Positions 24,584-34,136 are shown, counted from the first letter of the stretch. The stretch: 64,000 bases of DNA from Nanobdellota archaeon (GCA_042577865.1 JBHPDN010000002.1:782-64781), one strand, 5' to 3'. The notes: generated by a model from the letters alone, not told the origin. Numbers and translations: made by a program.

Positions 24584-25783
24584 ATGACAGAATTATTGGC
24601 GCCGGTGGGAAATTGGATTATGCTGGAAGCAGCGATTAAGGCAGGAGCTGATTCGGTTTATTTGGGTGTTCAAGGTTTGAATATGCGGGCGGCTGCTCGT
24701 AATTTTTCTTTGGAAGAATTGGAAAAGGTTGTCAAAAGGGCTCATAAAGACAAAGTCAGAGTATATCTGACTGTCAACACCATTGTTTATGATGATGAGA
24801 TTGAGAAAATCAAAAAGGTTTTGAAAGGGGCAAAGAAAGCAAAGGTTGATGCAATTATCTGCTGGGATTTGGCAGTGATTAGTGAAGCCAAAAAATTAAA
24901 TTTAGAAATTCATCTTTCAACACAGGCTTCAGTGAGTAATTTTGAAAGTCTGAAATTGTTTTACAAATTAGGAGTAAGGAGATTTGTTTTGGCCAGAGAA
25001 ATTTCTTTAGATCAAATCAAAGAGATAAAAAAGAAAATTAAAAAAGAAAAACTCAAAGTTGAGATTGAAGTTTTTATTCACGGAGCCATGTGTGTTTCTG
25101 TTTCCGGCCGATGTTTTATGTCACAATTCAGTTTTGGTAAAAGTGCCAACAGAGGTGGGTGCTGGCAGCCCTGCAGGAGAGAATATTTGGTTAAGGATAT
25201 TGAAGGTGGGGTTGAATTTAAATTAGGAAATAATTTTGTAATGTCCCCTAAGGATTTATGCACCATAGAATTCATTGACAAATTGGTTGAAGCAGGAATT
25301 GATGTCTTTAAGATTGAAGGCAGGAACAGAAGTCCTGAATATGTCAAGACAGTAGTAAGTGCTTACAGAAAAGTAATTGATAATCCAAAAGATAAAAAAA
25401 TAATCAAACAACAGTTAAAAAAATTAAAAACTGTTTATAACAAAGGTTTTAGTTCTGGTTTTTTCTTAGGAAAACCCATCAATGAGTGGAGCGGGGTTGA
25501 AGGCAGCAAAGCAACTGAAAAAAAAGTTTATGTCGGCAAGGTTTTGAATTATTACAGCAAAGTGAAGGTGGCTGAAATTATTTTGGAAGCCAGTGATTTA
25601 AAAATTGGAGACAGGATTATGTTCCAGGGAAACAAGACTGGTGTAGTTGAGGAAAAAGTCAAAAGTTTAGAAGTTGACAAGAAAAAAGTCAAGAAGATTT
25701 CTAAAGGTAAAAGTGTGGGAATTAAAATTAAAGGCAAGGTCAGAGAGAATGACCAAGTTTATAAAATGATTAGGCAGCCCTGA
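24584..25783 (+). CDS. peptidase U32 family protein (collagenase-like / RNA hydroxylation family)
   Basis: 399 aa with an N-terminal ELLAPVGNWIMLEAAIKAGADSVYLG...LNMRAAARNFS and a central Cys-rich HGAMCVSVSGRCFMS segment typical of U32. Confidence 0.8.
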   Translation: MTELLAPVGNWIMLEAAIKAGADSVYLGVQGLNMRAAARNFSLEELEKVVKRAHKDKVRVYLTVNTIVYDDEIEKIKKVLKGAKKAKVDAIICWDLAVISEAKKLNLEIHLSTQASVSNFESLKLFYKLGVRRFVLAREISLDQIKEIKKKIKKEKLKVEIEVFIHGAMCVSVSGRCFMSQFSFGKSANRGGCWQPCRREYLVKDIEGGVEFKLGNNFVMSPKDLCTIEFIDKLVEAGIDVFKIEGRNRSPEYVKTVVSAYRKVIDNPKDKKIIKQQLKKLKTVYNKGFSSGFFLGKPINEWSGVEGSKATEKKVYVGKVLNYYSKVKVAEIILEASDLKIGDRIMFQGNKTGVVEEKVKSLEVDKKKVKKISKGKSVGIKIKGKVRENDQVYKMIRQP

Positions 25784-26912
25784 ATAAAGCTGCCGTTTCA
25801 GTCAAACCAACTCCGAAACCGATTGTCATTACTAAATCTCCTTTCTTGATTTTTCCATTTTGATAAGCTTCAGCAACAGCATACATACAAGAAGCAGCTG
25901 AACCATTGGCCACGCGATCAATATTAACATACATTTTTTTATTTACCTCATCGACACTGAGACTGTGGTCTTTAGCGATTGGTTTGAGGGACTGGTAGAT
26001 AATCCTATAATTTGCTTGATGAGGAACAATAAGATTTACATCTTCTAGAGAATAGGGGGTATCTTTTAAAATATCACGGACAAGTTTGCGCATGGCTGAA
26101 GCTGCAAATTTAAACACTGGCCCGCCTTCCATATACATATAACGGCTAGGTACAGCCTCATCAAATTCCCTTCCCAATCGATCAAAAAATTTCTTTAAGA
26201 ACTGAGAAGGTCTAGAAGGGATTGTATATTCTTCCCTTTCTGAAAAATCTTCTCCTCGAGGAACTAATCTGACCATGTCTCTGCCGCTTCCATCAGAATA
26301 AGAAACTGTTTTGATGATACCTTGTTCTTCATCCGAGCCCTGCAAAATCATGGCTCCAGCTAAATCTCCAAATAAAATAGAAACATTTCTATCAACATAA
26401 TTGATTATTGAAGACATTTTTTCACTAGCCACTACAGCCATAGTTTTATATTTGCCAGAAGTGATTAAGGCGTCAGCAACTTCAATTGCATAGTTGGTTC
26501 CTGAACAACCAGCTGGAAGATCCAAACAAGGAACATCCTTATGATTGCCTCTTTTTTTATTGGCTTTCAATAAATCTTGAATGTGGGTTGCTCCCATTGG
26601 AAACATATCTTGGTGAGGATTGGTATCAGTTGTTAAAATAATACAATCTAAATCAGCAACACCAATTCCACCATCAACCCAATTATGGGAATCCTCTAAA
26701 GCCTGTGCCAAAGCTATATGTCCCATGGTAGCATTAGTTTCATCAGGGCCGGCAATATATCTATTGGTTATACCTGTTCTCTCTAAAATCCAAGCCTCAT
26801 TAGTTTGCAAAGGAACTTTTAATTCCTGGAATATCCCAACCAAAAAAGGATTGGTTAATGAAAAATCAGTTGGAGCATAAGCACCCAGCCCGACTATCTT
26901 TGAATAATTCAT
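25770..26912 (-). CDS. 3-oxoacyl-ACP synthase III (FabH)-like thiolase-fold condensing enzyme
   Basis: 380 aa with a Cys-His-Asn arrangement: LPAGCSGTNYAIEVA, VPHQANYRII and ANGSAASCMYAV. Confidence 0.75.
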   Translation of the reverse strand: MNYSKIVGLGAYAPTDFSLTNPFLVGIFQELKVPLQTNEAWILERTGITNRYIAGPDETNATMGHIALAQALEDSHNWVDGGIGVADLDCIILTTDTNPHQDMFPMGATHIQDLLKANKKRGNHKDVPCLDLPAGCSGTNYAIEVADALITSGKYKTMAVVASEKMSSIINYVDRNVSILFGDLAGAMILQGSDEEQGIIKTVSYSDGSGRDMVRLVPRGEDFSEREEYTIPSRPSQFLKKFFDRLGREFDEAVPSRYMYMEGGPVFKFAASAMRKLVRDILKDTPYSLEDVNLIVPHQANYRIIYQSLKPIAKDHSLSVDEVNKKMYVNIDRVANGSAASCMYAVAEAYQNGKIKKGDLVMTIGFGVGLTETAALFRAA

Positions 26913-27042
26913 TTAAGGCTCAATTTGAAACTTCGTTATAAATTTTATCATACTTGAGAAAACATGAGCACGAAAACTATATAAACAGACTTAATTTTAT
27001 AGACGATAAGGTGGTTTAAAAATTTTCAAGGAGGTTGTTTAA

Positions 27043-27276
27043 ATGGCTAAAAAAGTTGCAAAAGTAGGTATCAAAAAGGAGGCTGGCTGGTTATATTTTG
27101 TCGACAAGCAAGGAGATGTTTCTGCCGCTGAAATGAGCAGAAAGGGCAGAAAAAAAGGCAAGGCCAAGAAAAAGAAAGTGGCTAAGGTCGGCGTCAAAAA
27201 GGAGAAAGGTTATCTTTACTTTATTGACAAACAAGGAGATGTTTCCTGCGCCAAAATGGCCAGAGGAAGGAAATAA
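27043..27276 (+). CDS. small highly basic protein built from two tandem 29-aa repeats
   Basis: The two repeats are KKVAKVGIKKEAGWLYFVDKQGDVSAAEM (codons 3-31) and KKVAKVGVKKEKGYLYFIDKQGDVSCAKM (codons 44-72), with 23 of 29 residues identical. An SD-like AAGGAGGT lies upstream. Confidence 0.6.
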   Translation: MAKKVAKVGIKKEAGWLYFVDKQGDVSAAEMSRKGRKKGKAKKKKVAKVGVKKEKGYLYFIDKQGDVSCAKMARGRK

Positions 27277-27314
27277 ATCCTTTTCATTTCTTTTTTATTT
27301 TCTTTTTATTAACG

Positions 27315-27779
27315 ATGATAAAAATAAGGAAAGCTAAAAAAGAGGATTTGGAACTAATCACTGAGTTAGATATTGCTCTGGCTATGGAGATTAGTAAAAA
27401 AGATTTCTGGAAAAAAGATGAAAAAATTTTTAGAAGATTAGATAAATCTTATTTGACAGAAGATTTAAAAAAAAATTATATGTTTTTTGTGGCTGAAGAC
27501 AAAGAGAAGATGGTTGGTTTTGTAGCGGGTTCTGTCAAAAAAAATCCTGGCTTTTTTAAAGTAAAAAGATATGGTTTTATCAGAGAAATTTACATCAGGC
27601 CATCTTATCGTCACAAGGGATTTGGACAGCAGTTGATGGGGCAAATGATAAGGTACTTCAAAAGTAAAAAAATAAAAGCTGTTCAGCTGAATGTTTTAAG
27701 CAACAATAAACAGGCTTTGAAAATGTATCAAAGCATGGGTTTCAAGGAAAACAGAAAGAAAATGGTGAAGAAATTATGA
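27315..27779 (+). CDS. GNAT-family N-acetyltransferase
   Basis: 154 aa with IREIYIRPSYRHKGFGQQLM (acetyl-CoA-binding motif A) in a GNAT-like layout. Confidence 0.75.
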   Translation: MIKIRKAKKEDLELITELDIALAMEISKKDFWKKDEKIFRRLDKSYLTEDLKKNYMFFVAEDKEKMVGFVAGSVKKNPGFFKVKRYGFIREIYIRPSYRHKGFGQQLMGQMIRYFKSKKIKAVQLNVLSNNKQALKMYQSMGFKENRKKMVKKL

Positions 27780-27833
27780 AACTTGCCGAACAAGGTGAGC
27801 ACAAGTGAATAAATTTGAATGGAGTGAAAATTT

Positions 27834-28268
27834 ATGAAAACATTTAAAATAATTTCAATCTTATTGCTAACAATGTTCTTATTTGGATGTACAAAGACAA
27901 ACCAAGTCACGGTTCATGGTGATGAAAAGGTCAAGTTTGAGGTAGAGGTAGCTGACACTTTTGCCAAACAAACTAAAGGGTTGATGTTCAGAAAAAGTCT
28001 GGATGGAGACAAGGGAATGTTGTTTGTTTTTAATTCTCCAAATATCAAGAGATTTTGGATGATGAACACTAGTGTTGCTTTGGATATTATTTTTATTGAT
28101 GAAGATAAAAAGATTGTTAATATTGAAGAAGCAGAGCCTTGCGGACTGATTCCCTGCAAACTTTATAATTCTACAGGTGAGGCCCTTTATGTTCTGGAAA
28201 TCAATCAGGGACTGAGCAAAGAATATGGTTTCAAAGAAGGGGATAGGGTCGAGTTTGATTTAGAATGA
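27834..28268 (+). CDS. DUF192-domain protein, predicted lipoprotein
   Basis: MKTFKIISILLLTMFLFGC is a lipobox-like signal. It is followed by ADTFAKQTKGLMFRKSL...GMLFVF...FWMMNTSVALDIIFID, typical of DUF192. Confidence 0.7.
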   Translation: MKTFKIISILLLTMFLFGCTKTNQVTVHGDEKVKFEVEVADTFAKQTKGLMFRKSLDGDKGMLFVFNSPNIKRFWMMNTSVALDIIFIDEDKKIVNIEEAEPCGLIPCKLYNSTGEALYVLEINQGLSKEYGFKEGDRVEFDLE

Positions 28269-29134
28269 AAGAAACCACCAAAGGCAAGATAGCAATCATT
28301 ATTTCTGCGATTATTTGGGGTTTTGGTTTTTTGTGGGTCAGATTTTTGTATGATTGGGGATACAGTGTTTCAACCTTTATCTTTGCTAATTTTGTTTTTT
28401 CTTCTTTGATATTTTTTATTATTCTAAAATATAAAAAAATTAAAATTATTCCAAAAAAAAGTAATTTCAAATGGTTGATTTCATTAGGAATAGTTGATGC
28501 TATTACTGCCTTAACAATCATATGGGCGTTTATTCTAACTAAGGTGGCGGTGGCTGAATTTTTACATTACACCATGCCGTTGTTTGCTTTTCTGATTGCT
28601 GTTTTTTGGCTGAAAGAAAAGATAACCAAATGGAAGTTCTTTGCTTTGGTAGTCGCTATTATTGGAATTTTCCTGGTTTTTGATTTAAGTTTTATAAGAA
28701 ATGGTTTTAGTCTAACTAATTTAGGAAATCTTTTGGCTCTGATTTCTGCCGTCAGTTTTAGTTTGATTGTTGTTTTGGGTAGAAAATTAAAAGATATGTC
28801 GGCTTATGCCACTTCTTTCTGGAACAGAATTATTGGTGCTACCATCTTGTTTTTCTTTTTTATCTTTGACAATACCTTGAAAGGTTGGCAAGATATTCCA
28901 ATATTCTTTGTTTATGCCTTGCTTACATCATTAATTCCATTAACTCTTTTGTTTTATGGCCTTAAAAAAACAGAAGCCACGACAGGCAGTATCCTTTTAC
29001 TTATGGAAGTCCCCACAGCTTCTATTTTAGCATGGGTCGTGTTTAGTGAGTCTCTAAACTTGAGCATTATTGTTGGGGGCATCCTTATTATCATCAGCGC
29101 CATTATTTTAATTAAAAGAAGAAAAAATAATTAA
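28265..29134 (+). CDS. EamA/DMT-family transporter
   Basis: 289 aa with about 10 TM helices in two EamA-like halves. It overlaps the DUF192 gene by 4 nt. Confidence 0.7.
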   Translation: MKETTKGKIAIIISAIIWGFGFLWVRFLYDWGYSVSTFIFANFVFSSLIFFIILKYKKIKIIPKKSNFKWLISLGIVDAITALTIIWAFILTKVAVAEFLHYTMPLFAFLIAVFWLKEKITKWKFFALVVAIIGIFLVFDLSFIRNGFSLTNLGNLLALISAVSFSLIVVLGRKLKDMSAYATSFWNRIIGATILFFFFIFDNTLKGWQDIPIFFVYALLTSLIPLTLLFYGLKKTEATTGSILLLMEVPTASILAWVVFSESLNLSIIVGGILIIISAIILIKRRKNN

Positions 29135-32100
29135 TTTTTAATTTTATCAATGATTTCTTTTTTAGGAGGCAATGATTTGGTGTACTGGTCAACAAGATGT
29201 TTAGGCCAGCCTTTACTGGAAAGAGATTCTTTAATTTTTTCTTCAGTGAATCCTTTTGTTCGGGCTTGAGTGATAAATTCTTTCAGGACTTGAGACGCAT
29301 TGATTTTTGAATGGTATGACTTTGGGTGGTGTCTTCTTTTGAAAAATAAAATTCCCAAGACTAAACCAATAATGCCTGGAATGATAAGGAGATAATAATA
29401 CCAAGATGATGAAGATTTTGGTTCTAGCGGAGTATCACGCTGAATGACAAATCCTCCTGTAGGTACCGGTTCTGAAGCAGCAGCGCCAGTAACTTCAAAG
29501 CCGGGTGTTTCAGCTAGTTCCTGTGTATCTGGTGCCGCAGTTGGATTTTTTTCGGCAGCAACAGCAAAATAAGAAAAGCCTGGTGACTTGGCTTGGTAAT
29601 GATAACTGCCGGCTTCTTCTTTGATGAAAGTGGTAGTAAGCTGAGTCCATTTGTTATCTTCATAATGGTAAAGGTAAGTTCTCTGGTAATCATAATTGTT
29701 CTGTTCAAACCAGGTTCTGTTGACTTTGAAGTCAATAATTGGATCATACATTTCAGTGTTTTCAATGTTTTCTGGGTCAATCTCTAAATATTGGTATGAA
29801 TTAATCAAGGTGGTTGGTACTGATGAAGCCACAGAAACTTTAATTTTAACATTATTCTTAGAGACAGATGGTTTGACATTGATTTTGGTGATGGAAATAA
29901 GGTCTTCATTGACATCCATATCATATGATGACCCAGCAGCCATAGAAGTGTAATAAAATGTTCTAGAGAGTGATTCAAGAGCGACATTGCTTGGGCTTCC
30001 GCCTCCACCTCCGCTGCTTCCAGAATAACAAGCTCCGCAATCATCACTGCAGGAAGAACAAGTCTCATCATTAGATTGACAGTCTCCGTCTCCGCAATAG
30101 TCAACAGTAAAGGTGTAATTATTGAGGTCAGAATTTGAATATTCATCAACAACTTGGATGGTGAAGTAATTGCTGCCACCATCTGGCGAATCTAAAGTCC
30201 AGGAGTAAACATCTCCGCTTTGAGTTTTGTTCTGGACAGTGCCACCATAAGTCAAATCAGTAGTGTTGATGGTGGAGTAATCAGTAATGTTGGCATCAAT
30301 ATCTAAGTCTTCTCCTGAGTAAATTGTGGAAGAGTAAGTGACAGAGTTAAAAACAGGATGGGTTGTGTCTGAAACAACTAAACTAATGGAGTCGTTGTCA
30401 GAGAGACTGCCATCAGTGGTGTTTAAAGTAACAGTAAAATTGTTAACAGCAAGATATTGATGGGTGGTGTTGACAGAGTTGTTGGTTGAAGAATCTCCAA
30501 AATCCCAAGTGGTAGTTAAATTTTCATCACCTGGATTTGAAAGATTACAAGTAAAATCATAAGTGGTGCCTAACTCAAGAGTGGAATTGTTAGTCGGTGA
30601 AAGTATCTGAATAGTTGGCGGACAATTAGTATTGTTAACCTGTACATTCCAAGATTGAGTGGTGTTGATGTAATTGTCTGAGACAATAAGAATTAAATCA
30701 TAAGTTCCGGCATCAGTGCAGCCAGGTGTGAAGTTCCAATAACTGGTGGTGGCCTGCAAAGTTCCATTCAACTGCCAGGCATAAGATAAGGTGTCATTGT
30801 CTGCATCGGTGGAGGTGTGGTTGAAGAACAATGATGATAGCTCTGCTACAGAAACATTGGCAGAACCAGGAGAGTAAGAAGTGATATTAGGAGCTGTGTT
30901 GTTGACTGTTATCTTGTAAGTGTCAAGCTGGGCAGAGTTGCCGGCTGGATCCTGCAAATAAACCATAAAAGTATGATTTCCTTTGGCTAAGTTGGTTGTT
31001 GTTTTTTGGTAAAGCGCCTGGCTGTCTAAAGACATGCTGTAGTTAGTGCTATCCATTTCTAAAGTGGTTGTAACAGTCTCTGAAGCATTAATCTTTACAG
31101 TGATGGTATTGTAAGGTGTTTGTGTATTGTTTGATGGTGTTGGGGAGATGTAAGAAGCTGCTGGAGTTGTATTATCTACAGACAAGAGAGCAGCATAAAC
31201 ATCAATCCTGGGACGAGTGATAGCATTGGTGTCTGTTTTGTTGACGCCGGTGCTGGCCAAAACATTTTCAAGTTCTGTTGGAGTATAAGTGTTGTTGGAA
31301 ATTATTTTTTTGTATTGGTTAAGCAAAGCAGCAGCGCCAGAAACATGAGGGGCAGCCATGGAAGTGCCGTAGAGATCAGCATAACCATTGCTAGTGCTTA
31401 AAGAACGGATTTGAGATGATGAGGTTCCGCCTACAGCCAGCAAATCAAGCAGAGCGCCTGAATTTGAATATGAAGGAATAGAATCTGTTTTGTCAACTGA
31501 GCCAACAGCTGTGGCATTAGGAGAACAGGCAGGTAAGGAAATGCCGTTTTTATGTCCATTGTTACCTGAAGAAACAACAAAAAGGATACCCAATCCAACA
31601 GAAGTGTCAATAGCTGAATCAAAGGATGTGGGACAAGTAGAAGAATTGTACTGGCCATTATCACCAATACTCATGGAAATAACAGTGATGTTGTAAGTGG
31701 TGGAATAATTATTGCACCAATCAATACTGGCAAGCATGGCTGAACCAGCACAGGAACCATCAGAGGCACAGGCTTTCAAGGCAACCAAATCAGCTTCTGG
31801 GGCCACACCTTGATAAGTTGAATCGTTGGAGGCGATGATGCCGGCAACATGGGTTCCATGACCATTATCATCAGCAGGGTCGGTGTCGTTGTTGTAATAA
31901 TCATAACCGCTTAAAACCCGATTACCCCAACCGCCACCCAAAGATGGATGATTATAATTGATTCCAGAGTCAATAACACAGACAGTCTGCCCTTCACCAG
32001 TCAAACTGGTTGAATAATCCTGAACAATTGAATTAGTTAAAGTGGAATTGATTAGTTGGGTCGAATCATTAAGATTAACAGTAAAGGTTCTGTCTAAGTA

Positions 32101-32469
32101 AATACTTTCAACATCTGGGTCGTCCTTTAACTGCTCGAATTCTTCCTGAGTGATTTTACCGGTAAAACCGTTGATAGTTGAGAATTTGTGAAATTTATCA
32201 TTGGCGCTGGAGACAGAAAATTCTGAATTCTGATCTAAACGATCTAGGACTTCTTGCTGATTTTGTTTGATATTGGATTTTTTTTCTTCTAAGAATGATT
32301 TCTTGTCTTCAACACTCATAATTCCAAAATTTTGTTTAATTGGTTTTTCTTTAAGGATAACAATAACAGAAACTTCCTGGTCTTGTTCAAAATCAATATC
32401 AGAATCAACCATAGCTAAGGCTGGGCTAATCAAAACTAGCAGGGCTATTAAAACCAAATATTTTTTCAT
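29131..32469 (-). CDS. large secreted subtilisin-like serine protease (S8) with Ig/PKD-like repeats, a Cys-rich module, a C-terminal TM anchor and a short cytoplasmic tail
   Basis: The catalytic triad motifs are VCVIDSGINYNH (Asp), HGTHVAGIIAS (His) and GTSMAAPHVSGAAALL (Ser). The internal ATG at 32469 gives the signal peptide MKKYLVLIALLVLISPALA. Other elements are CGDGDCQSNDETCSSCSDDCGAC, the TM WYYYLLIIPGIIGLVLGILFF, and a tail with KGFTEEKIKESLSSKGWPKHLV. Confidence 0.85.
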   Translation of the reverse strand: MKKYLVLIALLVLISPALAMVDSDIDFEQDQEVSVIVILKEKPIKQNFGIMSVEDKKSFLEEKKSNIKQNQQEVLDRLDQNSEFSVSSANDKFHKFSTINGFTGKITQEEFEQLKDDPDVESIYLDRTFTVNLNDSTQLINSTLTNSIVQDYSTSLTGEGQTVCVIDSGINYNHPSLGGGWGNRVLSGYDYYNNDTDPADDNGHGTHVAGIIASNDSTYQGVAPEADLVALKACASDGSCAGSAMLASIDWCNNYSTTYNITVISMSIGDNGQYNSSTCPTSFDSAIDTSVGLGILFVVSSGNNGHKNGISLPACSPNATAVGSVDKTDSIPSYSNSGALLDLLAVGGTSSSQIRSLSTSNGYADLYGTSMAAPHVSGAAALLNQYKKIISNNTYTPTELENVLASTGVNKTDTNAITRPRIDVYAALLSVDNTTPAASYISPTPSNNTQTPYNTITVKINASETVTTTLEMDSTNYSMSLDSQALYQKTTTNLAKGNHTFMVYLQDPAGNSAQLDTYKITVNNTAPNITSYSPGSANVSVAELSSLFFNHTSTDADNDTLSYAWQLNGTLQATTSYWNFTPGCTDAGTYDLILIVSDNYINTTQSWNVQVNNTNCPPTIQILSPTNNSTLELGTTYDFTCNLSNPGDENLTTTWDFGDSSTNNSVNTTHQYLAVNNFTVTLNTTDGSLSDNDSISLVVSDTTHPVFNSVTYSSTIYSGEDLDIDANITDYSTINTTDLTYGGTVQNKTQSGDVYSWTLDSPDGGSNYFTIQVVDEYSNSDLNNYTFTVDYCGDGDCQSNDETCSSCSDDCGACYSGSSGGGGGSPSNVALESLSRTFYYTSMAAGSSYDMDVNEDLISITKINVKPSVSKNNVKIKVSVASSVPTTLINSYQYLEIDPENIENTEMYDPIIDFKVNRTWFEQNNYDYQRTYLYHYEDNKWTQLTTTFIKEEAGSYHYQAKSPGFSYFAVAAEKNPTAAPDTQELAETPGFEVTGAAASEPVPTGGFVIQRDTPLEPKSSSSWYYYLLIIPGIIGLVLGILFFKRRHHPKSYHSKINASQVLKEFITQARTKGFTEEKIKESLSSKGWPKHLVDQYTKSLPPKKEIIDKIKN

Positions 32470-32470
32470 T

Positions 32471-33370
32471 TTAAACTCTGATACCAAGAGTGTCTGTGGT
32501 GTCAAAGAGAGACTGACCCATACCAATACCAATATAATAAAAGAATGGAGCGGTTGTTTGGGTCAAGGCAGACAAAAGACTAGGTCTGCTTTCATAACTG
32601 ACATAATTAATTTCTTCTAAACCAAAGTTTTGTATGAGATATTCCTCGGCAGTCTTGGTGTTTCCTAACTGGTCAATCAGACCAAGATCAAGGGCTTCAG
32701 TACCCAGGAAAATCTCGCCAGTGGCAATAGCTGCTACATTTTCACGCGGCATGTTTCTATTTTCAGCAACAGCGTCAATAAAAAAATCGTGAATCTTGTC
32801 AAGTTTAATTTGTAGAATATTCCTTTCTTCTTCAGTCAGTTCTTTGAAAGGAGTGCCAACGTCTTTGTACTTTCCAGCAACAAGCCTTTGATAAGTGACA
32901 TTATAATTTTCTAATAATTGAGAAATCTCCAAATAAGATGAAATAACACCAATAGAACCGACAATAGACATACGGTTGGAAATAATCTGGTCGGTGGCAC
33001 TGGCAATCCAATAACCTCCACTGGCCCCAACTTCGTGGATAACTGCCACAGTTGGTTTTTCTGTTCTCTTAAGTGCTTCTGCTATTTCGTCTGAAGCAAC
33101 AGCTGAACCGCCTGGTGAATTGATATCCAGCACAATGGCTTGGATATTAGGATCCTGATTGGCTTCTTCAATAAAGGCAACAACTTCCTCAGCAGAAGTC
33201 AATTCCTGACCAAGCATTGAAGGAGTACCGTCAGCAACAATCGTACCTTTGATAGGAATAAGAGCAACGTTACCTGTTTTAAAAGAAAAAAACATAGGAA
33301 TAAGAATGATAGTTAATACACAAAGAGCAATGACAATGTAAAGAAATGTGTTTGATTTCCTCTTTTTCAT
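32471..33370 (-). CDS. sppA: signal peptide peptidase SppA (S49 family, 36K type)
   Basis: 299 aa with an N-terminal TM, then LDINSPGGSAVASDEI and GASGGYWIASA, and a catalytic Ser/Lys context. Confidence 0.8.
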   Translation of the reverse strand: MKKRKSNTFLYIVIALCVLTIILIPMFFSFKTGNVALIPIKGTIVADGTPSMLGQELTSAEEVVAFIEEANQDPNIQAIVLDINSPGGSAVASDEIAEALKRTEKPTVAVIHEVGASGGYWIASATDQIISNRMSIVGSIGVISSYLEISQLLENYNVTYQRLVAGKYKDVGTPFKELTEEERNILQIKLDKIHDFFIDAVAENRNMPRENVAAIATGEIFLGTEALDLGLIDQLGNTKTAEEYLIQNFGLEEINYVSYESRPSLLSALTQTTAPFFYYIGIGMGQSLFDTTDTLGIRV

Positions 33371-33436
33371 TTAGATTAGAAATACCTTTTCTTTTTTAAA
33401 TTTATTGTTATAAAAAAAATAAAAAAAAGAATTAAT

Positions 33437-33727
33437 TTATTTTTTGAAATAGCCTAAGACTTTTTTCAACAACAAAGCAATTACAATACCCAAACCAAAG
33501 TATCTGACTAATGGGTCAATAACGCTTGTGAAGACAAAAGCTTCGGTAACTTCGACACCAAAAATGTCGGTAATAGTCATCCAAGCCGGAGTGAACAAGT
33601 AAAAAACACCAGCACCTACCAACAAATCCAGTAAATCATATTTTTTCAATCTGGTTGCAACAATAAAACCGATAACTAAACCTACTGTTCCCAGAATTGC
33701 CATAGCTTCCCATGCCATTTGATTCAC
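33437..33727 (-). CDS. small membrane protein (96 aa, about 3 TM)
   Basis: Hydrophobic ORF with an ATG start. No motif recognised. Confidence 0.45.
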   Translation of the reverse strand: MNQMAWEAMAILGTVGLVIGFIVATRLKKYDLLDLLVGAGVFYLFTPAWMTITDIFGVEVTEAFVFTSVIDPLVRYFGLGIVIALLLKKVLGYFKK

Positions 33728-33803
33728 CTCTTTTTAAAATAATTTTCTTAAGTAAAGGTTCTACCTTTTAAATAATTTGCGGAAACTTTTATAAACAAGA
33801 GAC

Positions 33804-34136
33804 ATGTTTAGAAGCTTTATGCCAGAAGAACCACCAGAAGGAGTAATTCGTGTCCGTTTGCCCAGAGGCAGAGAAGTTTTTGGAGTAGTGCAGCAAAGAT
33901 TGGGAGGCAGCAGAATGAAAATTCTTTGTTTAGACGGCAAAACAAGAATCTGCCGGATTCCAGGACGTTTGAAAAGAAGTCTATGGGTAAGAGAGGGAGA
34001 TATTGTTTTGGTTGAACCCTGGGAGTTGGGCGGCGATGACAAGGGGGATATTGTTTACAAATACAGAAAAATTCAGGCTGCTTTCTTGAAGAGAAAAGGT
34101 CATTTAAAGAAATTTGAAGACCTCGAAGAATTTTAA
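33804..34136 (+). CDS. eif1a: translation initiation factor aIF-1A
   Basis: 110 aa with RVRLPRGREVFGVVQQRLGGSRMKILCLDGKTRICRIPGRLKRSLWVREGDIVLVEPWE, the S1-like OB fold of eIF1A. Confidence 0.88.
   Translation: MFRSFMPEEPPEGVIRVRLPRGREVFGVVQQRLGGSRMKILCLDGKTRICRIPGRLKRSLWVREGDIVLVEPWELGGDDKGDIVYKYRKIQAAFLKRKGHLKKFEDLEEF

Noticed and set aside
29400-29560. PGF-CTERM/archaeosortase signal in the subtilase (TPGFEVTG motif)
   Set aside because: The PGF tripeptide is about 45 residues upstream of the TM helix, and the protein continues about 70 aa beyond the TM. That does not match the PGF-CTERM architecture, which has a terminal TM followed by a short basic tail.
32470-32532. N-terminal extensions of track ORFs (also 46080-46154, 38416-38454, 39998-40039, 19832-19852, 23214-23273 and 4508-4528)
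   Set aside because: Internal starts give canonical signal peptides or family-typical N-termini, remove overlaps with neighbouring genes, and are often preceded by an SD or TATA signal. The extensions add non-homologous residues.
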